Counted from the first letter of the stretch, positions 33,432 through 43,560 are shown. The stretch: DNA of 64,000 nucleotides from a virus (IMGVR_UViG_3300035505_000270:1-64000), one strand, 5' to 3'. The notes: a model not told the origin generated them from the letters alone. Program-made: numbers and translations.

Positions 33432-34265
33432 TTAAACTGCACAATCACATCCATAGCCTAATCCATAACCGATATAGGGATTAGCTACTTGGTATGCAGG
33501 AATTGGAGCAGGTCTTAACTGGTTAACAAGATAATTGTTTTGTGCACATTGACTAGCTGCAAATTTAAGATTCTGATTTTCAGCTTGTAAAGTAGAAAGT
33601 TTATCTTGAACAAGGAAATCTAAGATACTTCTTGTTGCACAATTCTGATTATCAATTATATCTCTTGTTGTGCTCTGGATTGTATTCTTTACGTCGCAAG
33701 TGTTGGATGCAATCTGGAACGCAATATCTTTCTGACCGGATTCATTTCGGCAGCAACAATCTGCCATTTGAGATTGAAGAGCATTGGTATTTTGCATACC
33801 AGCTACAACAGTACCATTAATTGCTTGCTGAATTGCATTAGTGTTTTGCATATTTGCAATAGTAGCATTAGTAATCTCTTGCTGGATTGCATTAGTATTT
33901 TGATTTAAAGTATTAGTTAAACCATTAAATCCCGCACACATAGTCTGCTGTCCATCCGCAAATCCATTTAACATTCCAGTATTCATGGCATAGAATCCAT
34001 CACACAGACCTGACTGAACTCCTCTTACTGAACTTTCAAGCTGATTGAAATTCATATCTTGACAAAGGTCTGCTCTTGTCAAAGCGCCTTGCGCCGATGC
34101 AGAGTTAGCACCATATCCATTATTACCCCATCCCATAAACATAAATAAGAATAAGATAATTATCCACCAAGCGGAACCGCTTCCGCCAAATCCACCGCCA
34201 TCTTCTCTACTAGCGGCTGCAATATCAGATAAACTATAACCTTCACCTGAATTAAACATATACAT
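33432..34265 (-). CDS. Cassette gene 3: TM helix plus N/Q-rich coiled coil with CCC motif
   Basis: Gly-rich linker, AWWIIILFLFMFMGWG, N/Q heptads, DCCCRNE, NTCDV. Confidence 0.7.
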   Translation of the reverse strand: MYMFNSGEGYSLSDIAAASREDGGGFGGSGSAWWIIILFLFMFMGWGNNGYGANSASAQGALTRADLCQDMNFNQLESSVRGVQSGLCDGFYAMNTGMLNGFADGQQTMCAGFNGLTNTLNQNTNAIQQEITNATIANMQNTNAIQQAINGTVVAGMQNTNALQSQMADCCCRNESGQKDIAFQIASNTCDVKNTIQSTTRDIIDNQNCATRSILDFLVQDKLSTLQAENQNLKFAASQCAQNNYLVNQLRPAPIPAYQVANPYIGYGLGYGCDCAV

Positions 34266-34293
34266 TTTCCTCCTGTATAAAATATTTATTTAT

Positions 34294-34539
34294 TTAAAGT
34301 CCAAACATACGTTTGAAATCATTAAATTCTTTATCAAAATCTTTTCCTTGCTCTTTACATAAATTTCGAGCAACTTGCTCTATTTCAGCAGTCTGATTAT
34401 TTTTTGCTAAATTAAATAAATTAGTAGCAATAGGATTATTTTGAGATTGCTGTTGTAGTACATTCATAACAAAATTCTGCAGGTTCCCGCATCCTTTTAC
34501 CATTTGTATAAATTGCATGGGATTTACATTAGAAGCCAT
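34294..34539 (-). CDS. Cassette gene 2: small N/Q/M-rich protein
   Basis: NPMQFIQM...QQQSQNNP. Confidence 0.65.
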   Translation of the reverse strand: MASNVNPMQFIQMVKGCGNLQNFVMNVLQQQSQNNPIATNLFNLAKNNQTAEIEQVARNLCKEQGKDFDKEFNDFKRMFGL

Positions 34540-34906
34540 TTTTAACTACCTCTACTTTCTTTGTGTCTTTTGGTTTCAAGAGGGAATCAATTTTATTTTC
34601 TAATCCCTCTATTTTTTGTAATAAAATATCATTTAGGTTTTGTGCGGCGGGCGCTGGCTCGGGGGATGCAGGCTTAAATGTAATAATACTAGTCGTACCA
34701 TTATTATTCCATGACTTAATATATACTTCACTTAAATCTGCTTTTGGAAATACGCCATACCCGCCTATAGGAACTTCAGTTGCTTTTACAACATCTGCGC
34801 TATCAACTATTTTACCATTTAAATATTGCTGTTGTTGTATCTGCGGTTGCTGTGGCATATAATTATACTGATAACCATTCATATAGCCTGGATTATAATA
34901 ATTCAT
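34529..34906 (-). CDS. Cassette gene 1: Y/Q/P-rich N-terminus, C-terminal coiled coil
   Basis: MNYYNPGY...QQPQIQQQQ; AGGAGG RBS. Confidence 0.65.
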   Translation of the reverse strand: MNYYNPGYMNGYQYNYMPQQPQIQQQQYLNGKIVDSADVVKATEVPIGGYGVFPKADLSEVYIKSWNNNGTTSIITFKPASPEPAPAAQNLNDILLQKIEGLENKIDSLLKPKDTKKVEVVKNGF

Positions 34907-35139
34907 TTACTTATTAATTCCTCCTTTTATTTCTTTTGTCCTTCTTGACATATTTATATGAAAATTTCTATAAATGGAATTTAATAAGTTGTCCTAAATT
35001 TTCATTAAAATTTCTTACCGCATTTAAATTTGGCAGGTAGCTAATTTTATTTTTAAAGGGATTATAATTTTATCATTAGAAAAGTTTTTTAAGAAAATAT
35101 CCTAAATAGGATTTAAATAAGACTTGCAAAAATAAAAAA

Positions 35140-35165
35140 TGTGCGTAGAAATTAATCTACGCACA
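35140..35165 (-). terminator. Terminator ending the receptor-binding-protein operon
   Basis: TGTGCGTAGA/TCTACGCACA stem; T tract on minus strand. Confidence 0.7.
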
Positions 35166-35174
35166 ATGTATATA

Positions 35175-35429
35175 TTATTCATTTATTATCCATTTTTTCC
35201 ACTCTTCATCATCCACTTGAGGAAGAGTAGCTTGTAGTTCAGCGATTTCCGCCTCTAACTTATTAATTTGAGCTCTATAGCTAGCTCTTATATTTTTTGC
35301 CTCTGCATATTCTTCTTCAGAAATAGCGCCTTCCGCATACTTAATGGCTTTGTAATCACTCATTTCTAAAGCTTGTTTAAGAGCACGAATTTGACAATTA
35401 TAATTTTCTATTTGTTCATAAGTTTCCAT
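35175..35429 (-). CDS. Small helical protein after RBP genes (tail-fibre chaperone-like)
   Basis: LKQALEMSDYKAIK...R...R.QIN.LE pattern; position at end of tail operon. Confidence 0.5.
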   Translation of the reverse strand: METYEQIENYNCQIRALKQALEMSDYKAIKYAEGAISEEEYAEAKNIRASYRAQINKLEAEIAELQATLPQVDDEEWKKWIINE

Positions 35430-35447
35430 ATTAGACTCCTTTTATCC

Positions 35448-36296
35448 TTATATCATACCACCAATTCTAAAGCAAAGTGGCACACCTAATGAGGTATCGG
35501 CTGCTTCATGACAAGCATACCCATTAGCGTGTACACAACATACTGTAGTATTATCTCCACTTGCTGGCGTATTAAGCCACCAACTAATAGGAGAACCATT
35601 ACTCTTTTTTAATCTAGTTCTAGGTCTAAATTTAAACAAAGGATATTGCGTCTGCTGAACATCTGAGATTTTATCCGTTCCCCAAAGCGCACATCCAAAT
35701 ACCTCACATTCAGTGGGAAGCCACAAATAGCCTGGACTAAAAATACCTGTAGTTTTTGAATCAATCATATCTTTAGACCTTGCTACTTCTGAATAAATAT
35801 ATTTATTAAGAATTATATGTTGAACTTCATCTGGCAAAAGTGTAGTATATATATTATTTAAATCATACCATAAATCTGCTTGTATTATTGGAGTTCCAGT
35901 TGCTCCTTGTTTTTGTTGAAATATAGAATCGCGGTTAGTACCTGCAGCACTCTTACCAGTTGAATCCCACACATAAGTAGAATTTAAACAATTTTTACTT
36001 ATCCAATCAATATGATGATACAAATTAGCATTATTACCATTACTAGTGTATGCATATGAGCCATAATAAGTATCTATCCCCGCAATTTGCATTTCAACTA
36101 CTTCACCATTATTTAATGTTAAAGACTTCCAATCTCCCACCCTTAAATCAAGTAAATCATTATTTAAAATTTTTTGTAATAATTCAGTCCAACTATATTC
36201 AGTTATCTCTCTACCTTCATACATATCTATTTCAAGGCCAGAATCTTCACCAAAAGTATATAATTTACCATCTAAGTTTATACTATTAATTATCAT
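35448..36296 (-). CDS. DUF6273-like protein, paralog 4
   Basis: IAGIDTYYG, HHIDWI, LWLPTECEVFG, QYPLF, WWLNT, CFRI. Confidence 0.7.
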   Translation of the reverse strand: MIINSINLDGKLYTFGEDSGLEIDMYEGREITEYSWTELLQKILNNDLLDLRVGDWKSLTLNNGEVVEMQIAGIDTYYGSYAYTSNGNNANLYHHIDWISKNCLNSTYVWDSTGKSAAGTNRDSIFQQKQGATGTPIIQADLWYDLNNIYTTLLPDEVQHIILNKYIYSEVARSKDMIDSKTTGIFSPGYLWLPTECEVFGCALWGTDKISDVQQTQYPLFKFRPRTRLKKSNGSPISWWLNTPASGDNTTVCCVHANGYACHEAADTSLGVPLCFRIGGMI

Positions 36297-37188
36297 TCCA
36301 TTCTCCTCCTATTCTAAAGCAAATAAGGAAATTAGAATTACAATCCATGTATTTAAGCTTTGTTAAGCTTCCATAATCATCTACATAAAGTATTGCAGTA
36401 TTTTCCTTTCCATCAGTAGTAGCCAATGGCCATACAAGATTAGTATAACGATAACTATCATTCATAAAACTATTAGCTATATGTTTCATTCTACTGCTAG
36501 CATTTCTAAAAATAGGGTACTGTATTGTAGAAGCATAACCTGTAGAAGCATAATATGCTGCTTCATCAGATAATCTAGGTCTAACGCTTCCAAACACTTC
36601 TCCTTCAGTAGGCAGCCATAATTTTCCTATTTCACCGCTATCTAACATTCCTGCTGGATAGCCAGTTGTCATAGGATTTATTTTAGTAGTAATACAAGAT
36701 TGTAATTCCTCTGATAAATAATTAAAAAAAGTATTATTTAAATAAGAATATATATTAGATTTTTTAAATGGAGAATATTGAGTATAAGCAGATATAGACG
36801 AAAAATCTGTCAATGTCCAGTGCGAATCTTCTGTTCCGGCATAGAGAACATCCTTACTAATCCAATCTATATGATGACCTATTTTCCAAAAAGGGTCTCC
36901 TCCTACCCATCCATAGCGCATTCCATAATAAGTATCTATTCCCGCAATCTGCATTTTAATAGTTTTCATAGCATAAAGAACATCATCCCCTCCATCTAAA
37001 ATAATAGTTTTATAATCACCAATTTGTAAGCCTGAAAAGTCATTATCCAAACATTTCTGTTTTAAATCTGACCAAGTAAACTCATTCAATTCTCTTCCTT
37101 GTGTAAATAAAGTAGGTTCTTGATGAATATTAGAAGCAATACTATATTCTGTTCCATTTAAATTTATATTTTTTAAATAATTTGACAT
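36286..37188 (-). CDS. DUF6273-like protein, paralog 3
   Basis: GRELNEFTWSDLKQKC, IAGIDTYYG, LWLPTEGEVFG, QYPIF, CFRI. Confidence 0.7.
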   Translation of the reverse strand: MSNYLKNINLNGTEYSIASNIHQEPTLFTQGRELNEFTWSDLKQKCLDNDFSGLQIGDYKTIILDGGDDVLYAMKTIKMQIAGIDTYYGMRYGWVGGDPFWKIGHHIDWISKDVLYAGTEDSHWTLTDFSSISAYTQYSPFKKSNIYSYLNNTFFNYLSEELQSCITTKINPMTTGYPAGMLDSGEIGKLWLPTEGEVFGSVRPRLSDEAAYYASTGYASTIQYPIFRNASSRMKHIANSFMNDSYRYTNLVWPLATTDGKENTAILYVDDYGSLTKLKYMDCNSNFLICFRIGGEWNDN

Positions 37189-37190
37189 AA

Positions 37191-38066
37191 TTATCCCCCT
37201 ATTCTAAAACAAGGAACTACTAAATATGTATCATGATAAGTAGCTAAACTACGGCCAGGGCAACCATACCAATTAATTTGACCACAAAATCCTGTATTAT
37301 TAAATGCAACGGTTCCTTCTTCTTCGTTATATCCTAATTTTTCACTATAAGGACTCCCGCACACCACTAAATTTCTTAGCCACCAGCGCTGGTCTATTCC
37401 AGTTGCACCATTCTTTTTTACCCTAACTTCCCTACCATAATTCGCAAATAAAGGATACTGAATAGCAGAAATGGCTGAATAAGGTGCTTCTCCATAATTT
37501 ATTGAACCGCATATTTCATATTCAGACAAAAGCCAAATCTTACCTAAATCGCATAATCCATAATCAGAAGTAAGACTTTGACACGCATTAGATTTGCTTG
37601 GATATTTTGTATTTTCACGATATTCTAAATAATCTTTTTTATTAATTATTACATTTCTAACTTCTGTTGGGAACCAATTATATACTGTATTATTTAAAAA
37701 CTTATATATATCACTTTCTAAATAAGAATAACCAGGAAACATATAACATGTATCATTATCTCCCCATATTTGTAAAGTAGATAACCCATTTTTAGGTACC
37801 CAGTCTATGTGATGAGTATATTGCTCACATAATCCATAAAAAGTATCTATTCCCGCAATCTGCATTACTATTTGTTCATTAGTAGCTAAAGTAACAGTTT
37901 TCCAATCTCCTACATGAAGCCCAGAAAAATCATTATCTACACATTTTTGCTTTAGCTCTGACCAAGTAAATTCATCTAATTCATGACCTCGATATAATGG
38001 AGAAGGAGAACTATTAGTAATTCTAAATTTTTCATCATTTAAAGATATATTTGTTAATTGTGTCAT
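37191..38066 (-). CDS. DUF6273-like protein, paralog 2
   Basis: GHELDEFTWSELKQKC, IAGIDTFYG, IWLLSEYEICG, WWLRN, PCFRI; start at ATG 38066 after AGGAG. Confidence 0.7.
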   Translation of the reverse strand: MTQLTNISLNDEKFRITNSSPSPLYRGHELDEFTWSELKQKCVDNDFSGLHVGDWKTVTLATNEQIVMQIAGIDTFYGLCEQYTHHIDWVPKNGLSTLQIWGDNDTCYMFPGYSYLESDIYKFLNNTVYNWFPTEVRNVIINKKDYLEYRENTKYPSKSNACQSLTSDYGLCDLGKIWLLSEYEICGSINYGEAPYSAISAIQYPLFANYGREVRVKKNGATGIDQRWWLRNLVVCGSPYSEKLGYNEEEGTVAFNNTGFCGQINWYGCPGRSLATYHDTYLVVPCFRIGG

Positions 38067-38068
38067 TT

Positions 38069-38962
38069 TTATTCTCCTGAAATTGTAAAACATATTGGAT
38101 GATAGTTAAATGTATTATAAGAGCTATCTGAAATGTATGGACCTTGACAAGTAACAAGAATACCATGAGAATCTACTGCGCAAACTTCTGTAGTTGAATT
38201 TGCAGCTACAGTTGCTAACCACCATTTTACAGCAGAACCCCCATCTCGAGTGCTTTTTACTCTAAAAGATGGATTATTTCTAAATATAGGATATTGTACT
38301 CCAGTAGTAGAAAATTTTGGAGTTCCCGCAATAGTAGAGCCAAAAACCTCGTATTCTGTTGGAAGCCACAAATAATTAGCTGCATTATACCAATAGATAT
38401 TAATTCCATTAGAATTATCTATTGTTATAATACTATTAGCACTATCTCTGCCGCATCGTCTTTCCATTGGAGCTTCTTTACTACTAAGTACGTTTATAAC
38501 TTCAGAAGGCAACCCTGAATTATGAAATGTACTATTGCTCCAATAAGTATACCTATAAGGATAAGGGTTTCCATTATTATCAATACGAGATGAGCTCCAG
38601 GGGCCGGATACCGGTGCTACATTTTTCCCAATCCAATCTATATGATGATAGTCCATTCCAGAGCCATAATAGGTATCAATACCCGCTATACACATACGAT
38701 TAGAATAGCCAAAAGTAGTAATAGTTTTATAATCTCCAACTCTAAGACCTGAAAAATCATTATTTCTACATTTTTGCTTCAAATCTGCCCATGTAAATTC
38801 ATCTAATTCTCTTCCTTCATATAAAGTAGGCTCTGAATAATTAGAATAACCACTTGATTCAATAAATAAAGTGCTATCTGCAACAGAAAATGAAGTGTTA
38901 CCTCCACTTCCCCCGCTTAAATCATATTCATTATTATCTAAAATTAATTTACTAATAGCCAT
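38069..38962 (-). CDS. DUF6273-like protein, paralog 1
   Basis: GRELDEFTWADLKQKC, IAGIDTYYG, LWLPTEYEVFG, WWLAT, ICFTI. Confidence 0.7.
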   Translation of the reverse strand: MAISKLILDNNEYDLSGGSGGNTSFSVADSTLFIESSGYSNYSEPTLYEGRELDEFTWADLKQKCRNNDFSGLRVGDYKTITTFGYSNRMCIAGIDTYYGSGMDYHHIDWIGKNVAPVSGPWSSSRIDNNGNPYPYRYTYWSNSTFHNSGLPSEVINVLSSKEAPMERRCGRDSANSIITIDNSNGINIYWYNAANYLWLPTEYEVFGSTIAGTPKFSTTGVQYPIFRNNPSFRVKSTRDGGSAVKWWLATVAANSTTEVCAVDSHGILVTCQGPYISDSSYNTFNYHPICFTISGE

Positions 38963-38986
38963 TTCATTTCCCCCCTTAGCTATTTT

Positions 38987-39790
38987 TTAAATATATTTAT
39001 TATAAAATTCTTTTCCAGCAATTAAACAATTAGTAGTAATTCCGCTAATATAAGGATCTAAACTCATTAAATCATTTACTTCATCAAGAGTCCATACTTC
39101 AAGAGGAATATCATTATCTATACAAAGTTGAATTTTTTCATCATCACAAACTGTATAATTACTATCAAAGAATACATCGCAACCTTTATTGCGTAAACTT
39201 AATAAATATCCTACTCTTGTTTCTGTTGGTGCTTGTAAATAACCAATTCTCGCAGTATTATCTGTATTGCCAATAGTGTTTAAGTAATCGATATTAAATG
39301 AAATCCAAGTAACTTTGCCTTGCATTCCGTATTCTTTTACATTTTGTACTAACATTTTTAATTGGTCTTTTGTATAAGTTGCATTACTTTTAATTTCAAT
39401 ATAAGGATGTAATCCTAACATTTTACAGCATTTTAAAAATTCTTTAAAATTAGGTATACGCTCTCCCTCATATATTGAGTTTTTCCAACTACCAAAATCA
39501 TAAGCTCTAATGTCTTCATAGCTCATTTCACTTACAGTACCAGAACCATTAGAACATCTGTCAATAGTAGCATCATGAGATAAAACTGGAATACCATCCG
39601 CAGTAAAACTTATATCAGTTTCTACATAATTAAAACCTTGAAATTTAGAAAGGCGGAAGGCGGCGAGTGTATTCTCCGGAGCTACATTACTGTAGCCCCT
39701 ATGGTTGACACTTTTAAAAGTTTTATCAAAATTAATAGCAACTGGAAAGATTGACCTTAAATCATTGTTATAAAAAGTTAAACTATCCAT
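38987..39790 (-). CDS. Glycerophosphodiester phosphodiesterase (GDPD)
   Basis: HRGY...APENT, ETDI.FT.DG.PVLSHD, IEIK, EVWT, ITTN. Confidence 0.92.
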   Translation of the reverse strand: MDSLTFYNNDLRSIFPVAINFDKTFKSVNHRGYSNVAPENTLAAFRLSKFQGFNYVETDISFTADGIPVLSHDATIDRCSNGSGTVSEMSYEDIRAYDFGSWKNSIYEGERIPNFKEFLKCCKMLGLHPYIEIKSNATYTKDQLKMLVQNVKEYGMQGKVTWISFNIDYLNTIGNTDNTARIGYLQAPTETRVGYLLSLRNKGCDVFFDSNYTVCDDEKIQLCIDNDIPLEVWTLDEVNDLMSLDPYISGITTNCLIAGKEFYNKYI

Positions 39791-39801
39791 TTAATCTCCC
39801 C

Positions 39802-42360
39802 TTATGAATATATTGATACTGACTTAATAGTCATATTGTAGAAGCTATCTGCATAGCCGCCAAGACATATAGCTGTACGATTCTTATCAAATGCCCTAGA
39901 TGAAGTATACACTAATTCACCATCTTTATATAAATTAATGTATCCTTTACTATCCGAAACAAATTTTAATGTACAATTATCAAAATAATTTGCATCTGTA
40001 AGTGTTGAATCTGTTGCCCATGCGCCATTCACATAGAAGCTCCAACATTGACTTTGCCATCTGTAAACTAATCCTTCAGATTTATTAGTATCAGTACTAT
40101 AAATCATAAATGTTCTACCATGAGTGCTAGAGTCAAATTGTCTTGACATTTCGCCAGTTACAATTTCTAATGTTCTACCTACTCCAAATACATCTGTACC
40201 TAAAAGCACATTTTGAGAACCTTTAGCAAAAGATAGACCATCTGAACTAAGAGTTGCTCCTGTATTAGTTGCAGAGATTCCTGCTACAGTATCTATTAGA
40301 CTACCTGCTGTAAAATCCCAATTGTAAAGTAAAATACCATGTTCAGTATCATCTTCAGAGCTTCCATCAGAATCTTCTATACCTAAATCTTCATCCGTAT
40401 AATAATCATTTTCATAACCATCTGTTGGAGTTGCTCCAATAGTAAGATTTGAGAAAAAAGCATTTAAATTTAAAGTAATCAAATCTAAATAAGATAATCC
40501 TTTAATACTAAAATCATATTCACCTACGATAGTTAAACCAGAGTTAATTGCAAAAATTTGACCTAAATCATTAATTTGAATTTGTCTCATTTCTCCCACT
40601 GGTGTATAGGAAGTAGCTTCTTTACCTTCCTCGATTTGTAACCATAAACTACCATCTAAATATTTAGAATAATCACTCCTATCACTTAATAGCCATAAAT
40701 AAATATAACCATTTTCGTCAGTTTGCGCGGTAAGCACGCCTCCAGACTCATCTACCCCGATACTTAAAGATTGACCGAAGTATACTGTATTTCCGCTTGT
40801 GGCTTCGGTAGAGCAAGTATAATAGGTATTAGGCTTGAATTGTAATCTCGTACCTCTATATCCCTGGTACGCCCCCTCGGAAACATAAGTTGTAACGTCA
40901 AATAAATTACGACTACTGATAGTCAAAACATTAGGAACTGTACCTTCTACGTATTGAGCATAGCCAGTAGGAGTAGAAGCAATTAGGTTTTTATCACTTG
41001 ATGAAATCATCACAGAGTCATCGATAAGTGCTCCACTACCGGAGCCACCGCCTATGATAGTAGCCGTATCTATACTATAGTCATTTATATTATTATTGAA
41101 AGTACAATTACATATTGTATTATTCTCAGTTCCGCTGCTTGATTCCCAAATACCTATTGCATTATCTTTAAGACTACAACCAGTAATTGAGATATAAGAA
41201 GATTCTTCTTCAATAGCAATACCATATTCTGTATTACCCTCAATAAAACAATTTGCAATAGTAGAATTATGTAAATTAGTAATACCTATGCCACGAGCAT
41301 TATTAGTTGCGGTAACCCCATGAAAAACAAAATCATCATTGTCAATTGTTGCATATCTAACTCCGCAAAAGCTATTATTATAATAATAACCGCCATAAGT
41401 TTTACAATTACTAGAAGCAACAAATTGTAACCCAAAAGTTGAATTTCTACCAATACAATCTTTAACTACAGCTTCTTTATAGCTATCTACACATATCGCA
41501 GCGAAGTTACAATTCCATGCAGTGCATCTTTCTACAAGAGTGGTATAATTATCATAATCAGTTCCACCATCCCAGTAATCTGATACCCAAGGTCCGCACA
41601 CATGAATAGCTTGGAAACAACAATCATGGACTCTAACGTCTTTAATCTCCAAACCGGCGACCCCGCCAATAATGATACCATTCTGAAATAAATCTGTTAT
41701 CCATACTTTTGCATTGTCTCTATTACAATCAATTTCACCACCAGAAATAGATATGTTATATCCGATACCATAATAAGTTGATTGTCTTTGATCTTCAAAT
41801 CTAAAAGCTGAATTTAAAGTACAAATAGTCGTAAATTCATATTGAGGTGCTTGTAAAACTGTAATAGTGTTGTTTTTATCATCTATTGCTGTAACAAAAG
41901 TACCAAAAGCATTTTCCCCTTCTGTTACATAGCCAACTTTACCATTCGTGAAGCCAACTTCCTGACCTACAATTATATTTTTTAATATTTCACCTGTAAC
42001 CGCAATAGTCGCACTTCCTTTAGTTGTTTTTGAAGGAAGAGTAGCTATATATTGATTTGTAAGTTTAATTACTGTATCATAGCACATAACTACTGAAACA
42101 TTACTGTCTAAGTAAACTACACAAGAGAAGGAGTACTTACCTCCTAAAATATAAACTGTTCCTCCTCCTGCGGCAGCTACTTCGTTTATAGCAGCTTGTA
42201 CTTGTATATTATCAGCTGTTCCATCACAAACATAGTCATTGTCTGCGCTAAAGCCAACTGTTTTTATATATGTTAATTTTTTTTCAACGATTGTGGTTCC
42301 TCCCCCACTCCCGCCAAAATCATAAGTGTTATTATCTAAAATAAGTTTAGTAATAGCCAT
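39802..42360 (-). CDS. Tailspike-like protein: pectate-lyase-type beta-helix plus C-terminal lectin/LamG-like domain
   Basis: DGTADNIQVQAAIN...GGGTVYILGGKY, N-rich parallel beta-helix repeats, acidic linker, C-terminal beta-sandwich. Confidence 0.75.
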   Translation of the reverse strand: MAITKLILDNNTYDFGGSGGGTTIVEKKLTYIKTVGFSADNDYVCDGTADNIQVQAAINEVAAAGGGTVYILGGKYSFSCVVYLDSNVSVVMCYDTVIKLTNQYIATLPSKTTKGSATIAVTGEILKNIIVGQEVGFTNGKVGYVTEGENAFGTFVTAIDDKNNTITVLQAPQYEFTTICTLNSAFRFEDQRQSTYYGIGYNISISGGEIDCNRDNAKVWITDLFQNGIIIGGVAGLEIKDVRVHDCCFQAIHVCGPWVSDYWDGGTDYDNYTTLVERCTAWNCNFAAICVDSYKEAVVKDCIGRNSTFGLQFVASSNCKTYGGYYYNNSFCGVRYATIDNDDFVFHGVTATNNARGIGITNLHNSTIANCFIEGNTEYGIAIEEESSYISITGCSLKDNAIGIWESSSGTENNTICNCTFNNNINDYSIDTATIIGGGSGSGALIDDSVMISSSDKNLIASTPTGYAQYVEGTVPNVLTISSRNLFDVTTYVSEGAYQGYRGTRLQFKPNTYYTCSTEATSGNTVYFGQSLSIGVDESGGVLTAQTDENGYIYLWLLSDRSDYSKYLDGSLWLQIEEGKEATSYTPVGEMRQIQINDLGQIFAINSGLTIVGEYDFSIKGLSYLDLITLNLNAFFSNLTIGATPTDGYENDYYTDEDLGIEDSDGSSEDDTEHGILLYNWDFTAGSLIDTVAGISATNTGATLSSDGLSFAKGSQNVLLGTDVFGVGRTLEIVTGEMSRQFDSSTHGRTFMIYSTDTNKSEGLVYRWQSQCWSFYVNGAWATDSTLTDANYFDNCTLKFVSDSKGYINLYKDGELVYTSSRAFDKNRTAICLGGYADSFYNMTIKSVSIYS

Positions 42361-42464
42361 TTTAATCTCCTACTCTTTTACGTCCTTCTCCCCCTTTTTA
42401 TGTTCCTACCTAATTTCTTTTCCATTAAAGGACTTGTAAAAATATTTTATTTTATGCCTTCTCC

Positions 42465-42752
42465 TTATTTTACAATACAGTCAATTTCTGCATCTATATT
42501 TTCATATTGTTCAAAGTATAGCGAACCTATTTCTATATTGTTAAACTCTAATATTCCAGTCTTTCCTATTTCATATTTTTTACCATTAATATTACAAATA
42601 TGAGTAGGCATAGATAATATTCCTAATTTTTGAACATAGGAAAGACCTGAATATTCTTTACGTATTTCTTCCATTAAATCTTGCTTAGCAGAAAAAGGTC
42701 CATGCAATTGAACAAATTTTTTATTTGCCATACCTTTATACCACCTATTCAA
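42465..42752 (-). CDS. Hypothetical tail-region protein
   Basis: ORF coupled to upstream gene; EIGKTGILE resembles 43575-44240. Confidence 0.55.
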   Translation of the reverse strand: MNRWYKGMANKKFVQLHGPFSAKQDLMEEIRKEYSGLSYVQKLGILSMPTHICNINGKKYEIGKTGILEFNNIEIGSLYFEQYENIDAEIDCIVK

Positions 42753-43560
42753 AGTCTATCCAAGTTAATGCGGAAGCTGTAGTTGCTTGACTTAAATAAG
42801 TAGAGTATTTTAGCGCACCAGTATAATCATATGTATCACTAACAAAAATTTCTGTAGTTGCACTTAAATCACTTGGATAATTATTAATAGTATTTTTTTT
42901 ATTTAACTCAGCTACATAGGTAGTTTTTCTAATCCCACCTACATAAGTATCTGTAGTCCTTGGAATATTAAATTGCCATTTATAATAGAATGGATGTTCA
43001 CTATCCCCTCCTGCTAATTTGGTAACAGAAGCTGTAGATGATGCATCAATAATATTAACATTAGCATCAAATACAGTATATGGAAAAGTAAACCCAATAT
43101 ATGCAGTGGTGTCATTTTCATTTTCATCCCTAACAGAACAATAAGAGTATGTAATTGCAGAATTACTATCCCCAGGTACTAGTCCGCCATTACTAGTCGT
43201 TGCTATATATGAACCACTTCCACTAAGAATATCTTCATTATTAGCTTGCGCGGTGCTTAGTGCGGATGCTACACCAGCTTCATTAGTAACTTCAAGTTGA
43301 GGTGCCCTTCCAGATGGTCCTACTATAGTACCTACATAAATAGCTCCACCTAAACTATTAGTATAATCATAACCTCTACGATAAACGCTACCATTATCTG
43401 CATTATTCTTATTTTCAGAATTAATAATTACATATTCATCATAATGAACAGCTGTATAACTTCCCCCTTGCTTAAAGGCGCTAACCATTTCCGCCTTACT
43501 TCCAAAGGATTTTACTAAAACAAAGGAGGCACCTTGTCTGCCTCCATAGAAGCTTTCCAT
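42745..43560 (-). CDS. Hypothetical virion protein
   Basis: AGGAGG RBS; lies in tail operon. Confidence 0.6.
   Translation of the reverse strand: MESFYGGRQGASFVLVKSFGSKAEMVSAFKQGGSYTAVHYDEYVIINSENKNNADNGSVYRRGYDYTNSLGGAIYVGTIVGPSGRAPQLEVTNEAGVASALSTAQANNEDILSGSGSYIATTSNGGLVPGDSNSAITYSYCSVRDENENDTTAYIGFTFPYTVFDANVNIIDASSTASVTKLAGGDSEHPFYYKWQFNIPRTTDTYVGGIRKTTYVAELNKKNTINNYPSDLSATTEIFVSDTYDYTGALKYSTYLSQATTASALTWIDFE

Noticed and set aside
35448-42400. Diversity-generating retroelement
   Set aside because: Target-like genes are present, but no reverse transcriptase and no template repeat are visible in the window.
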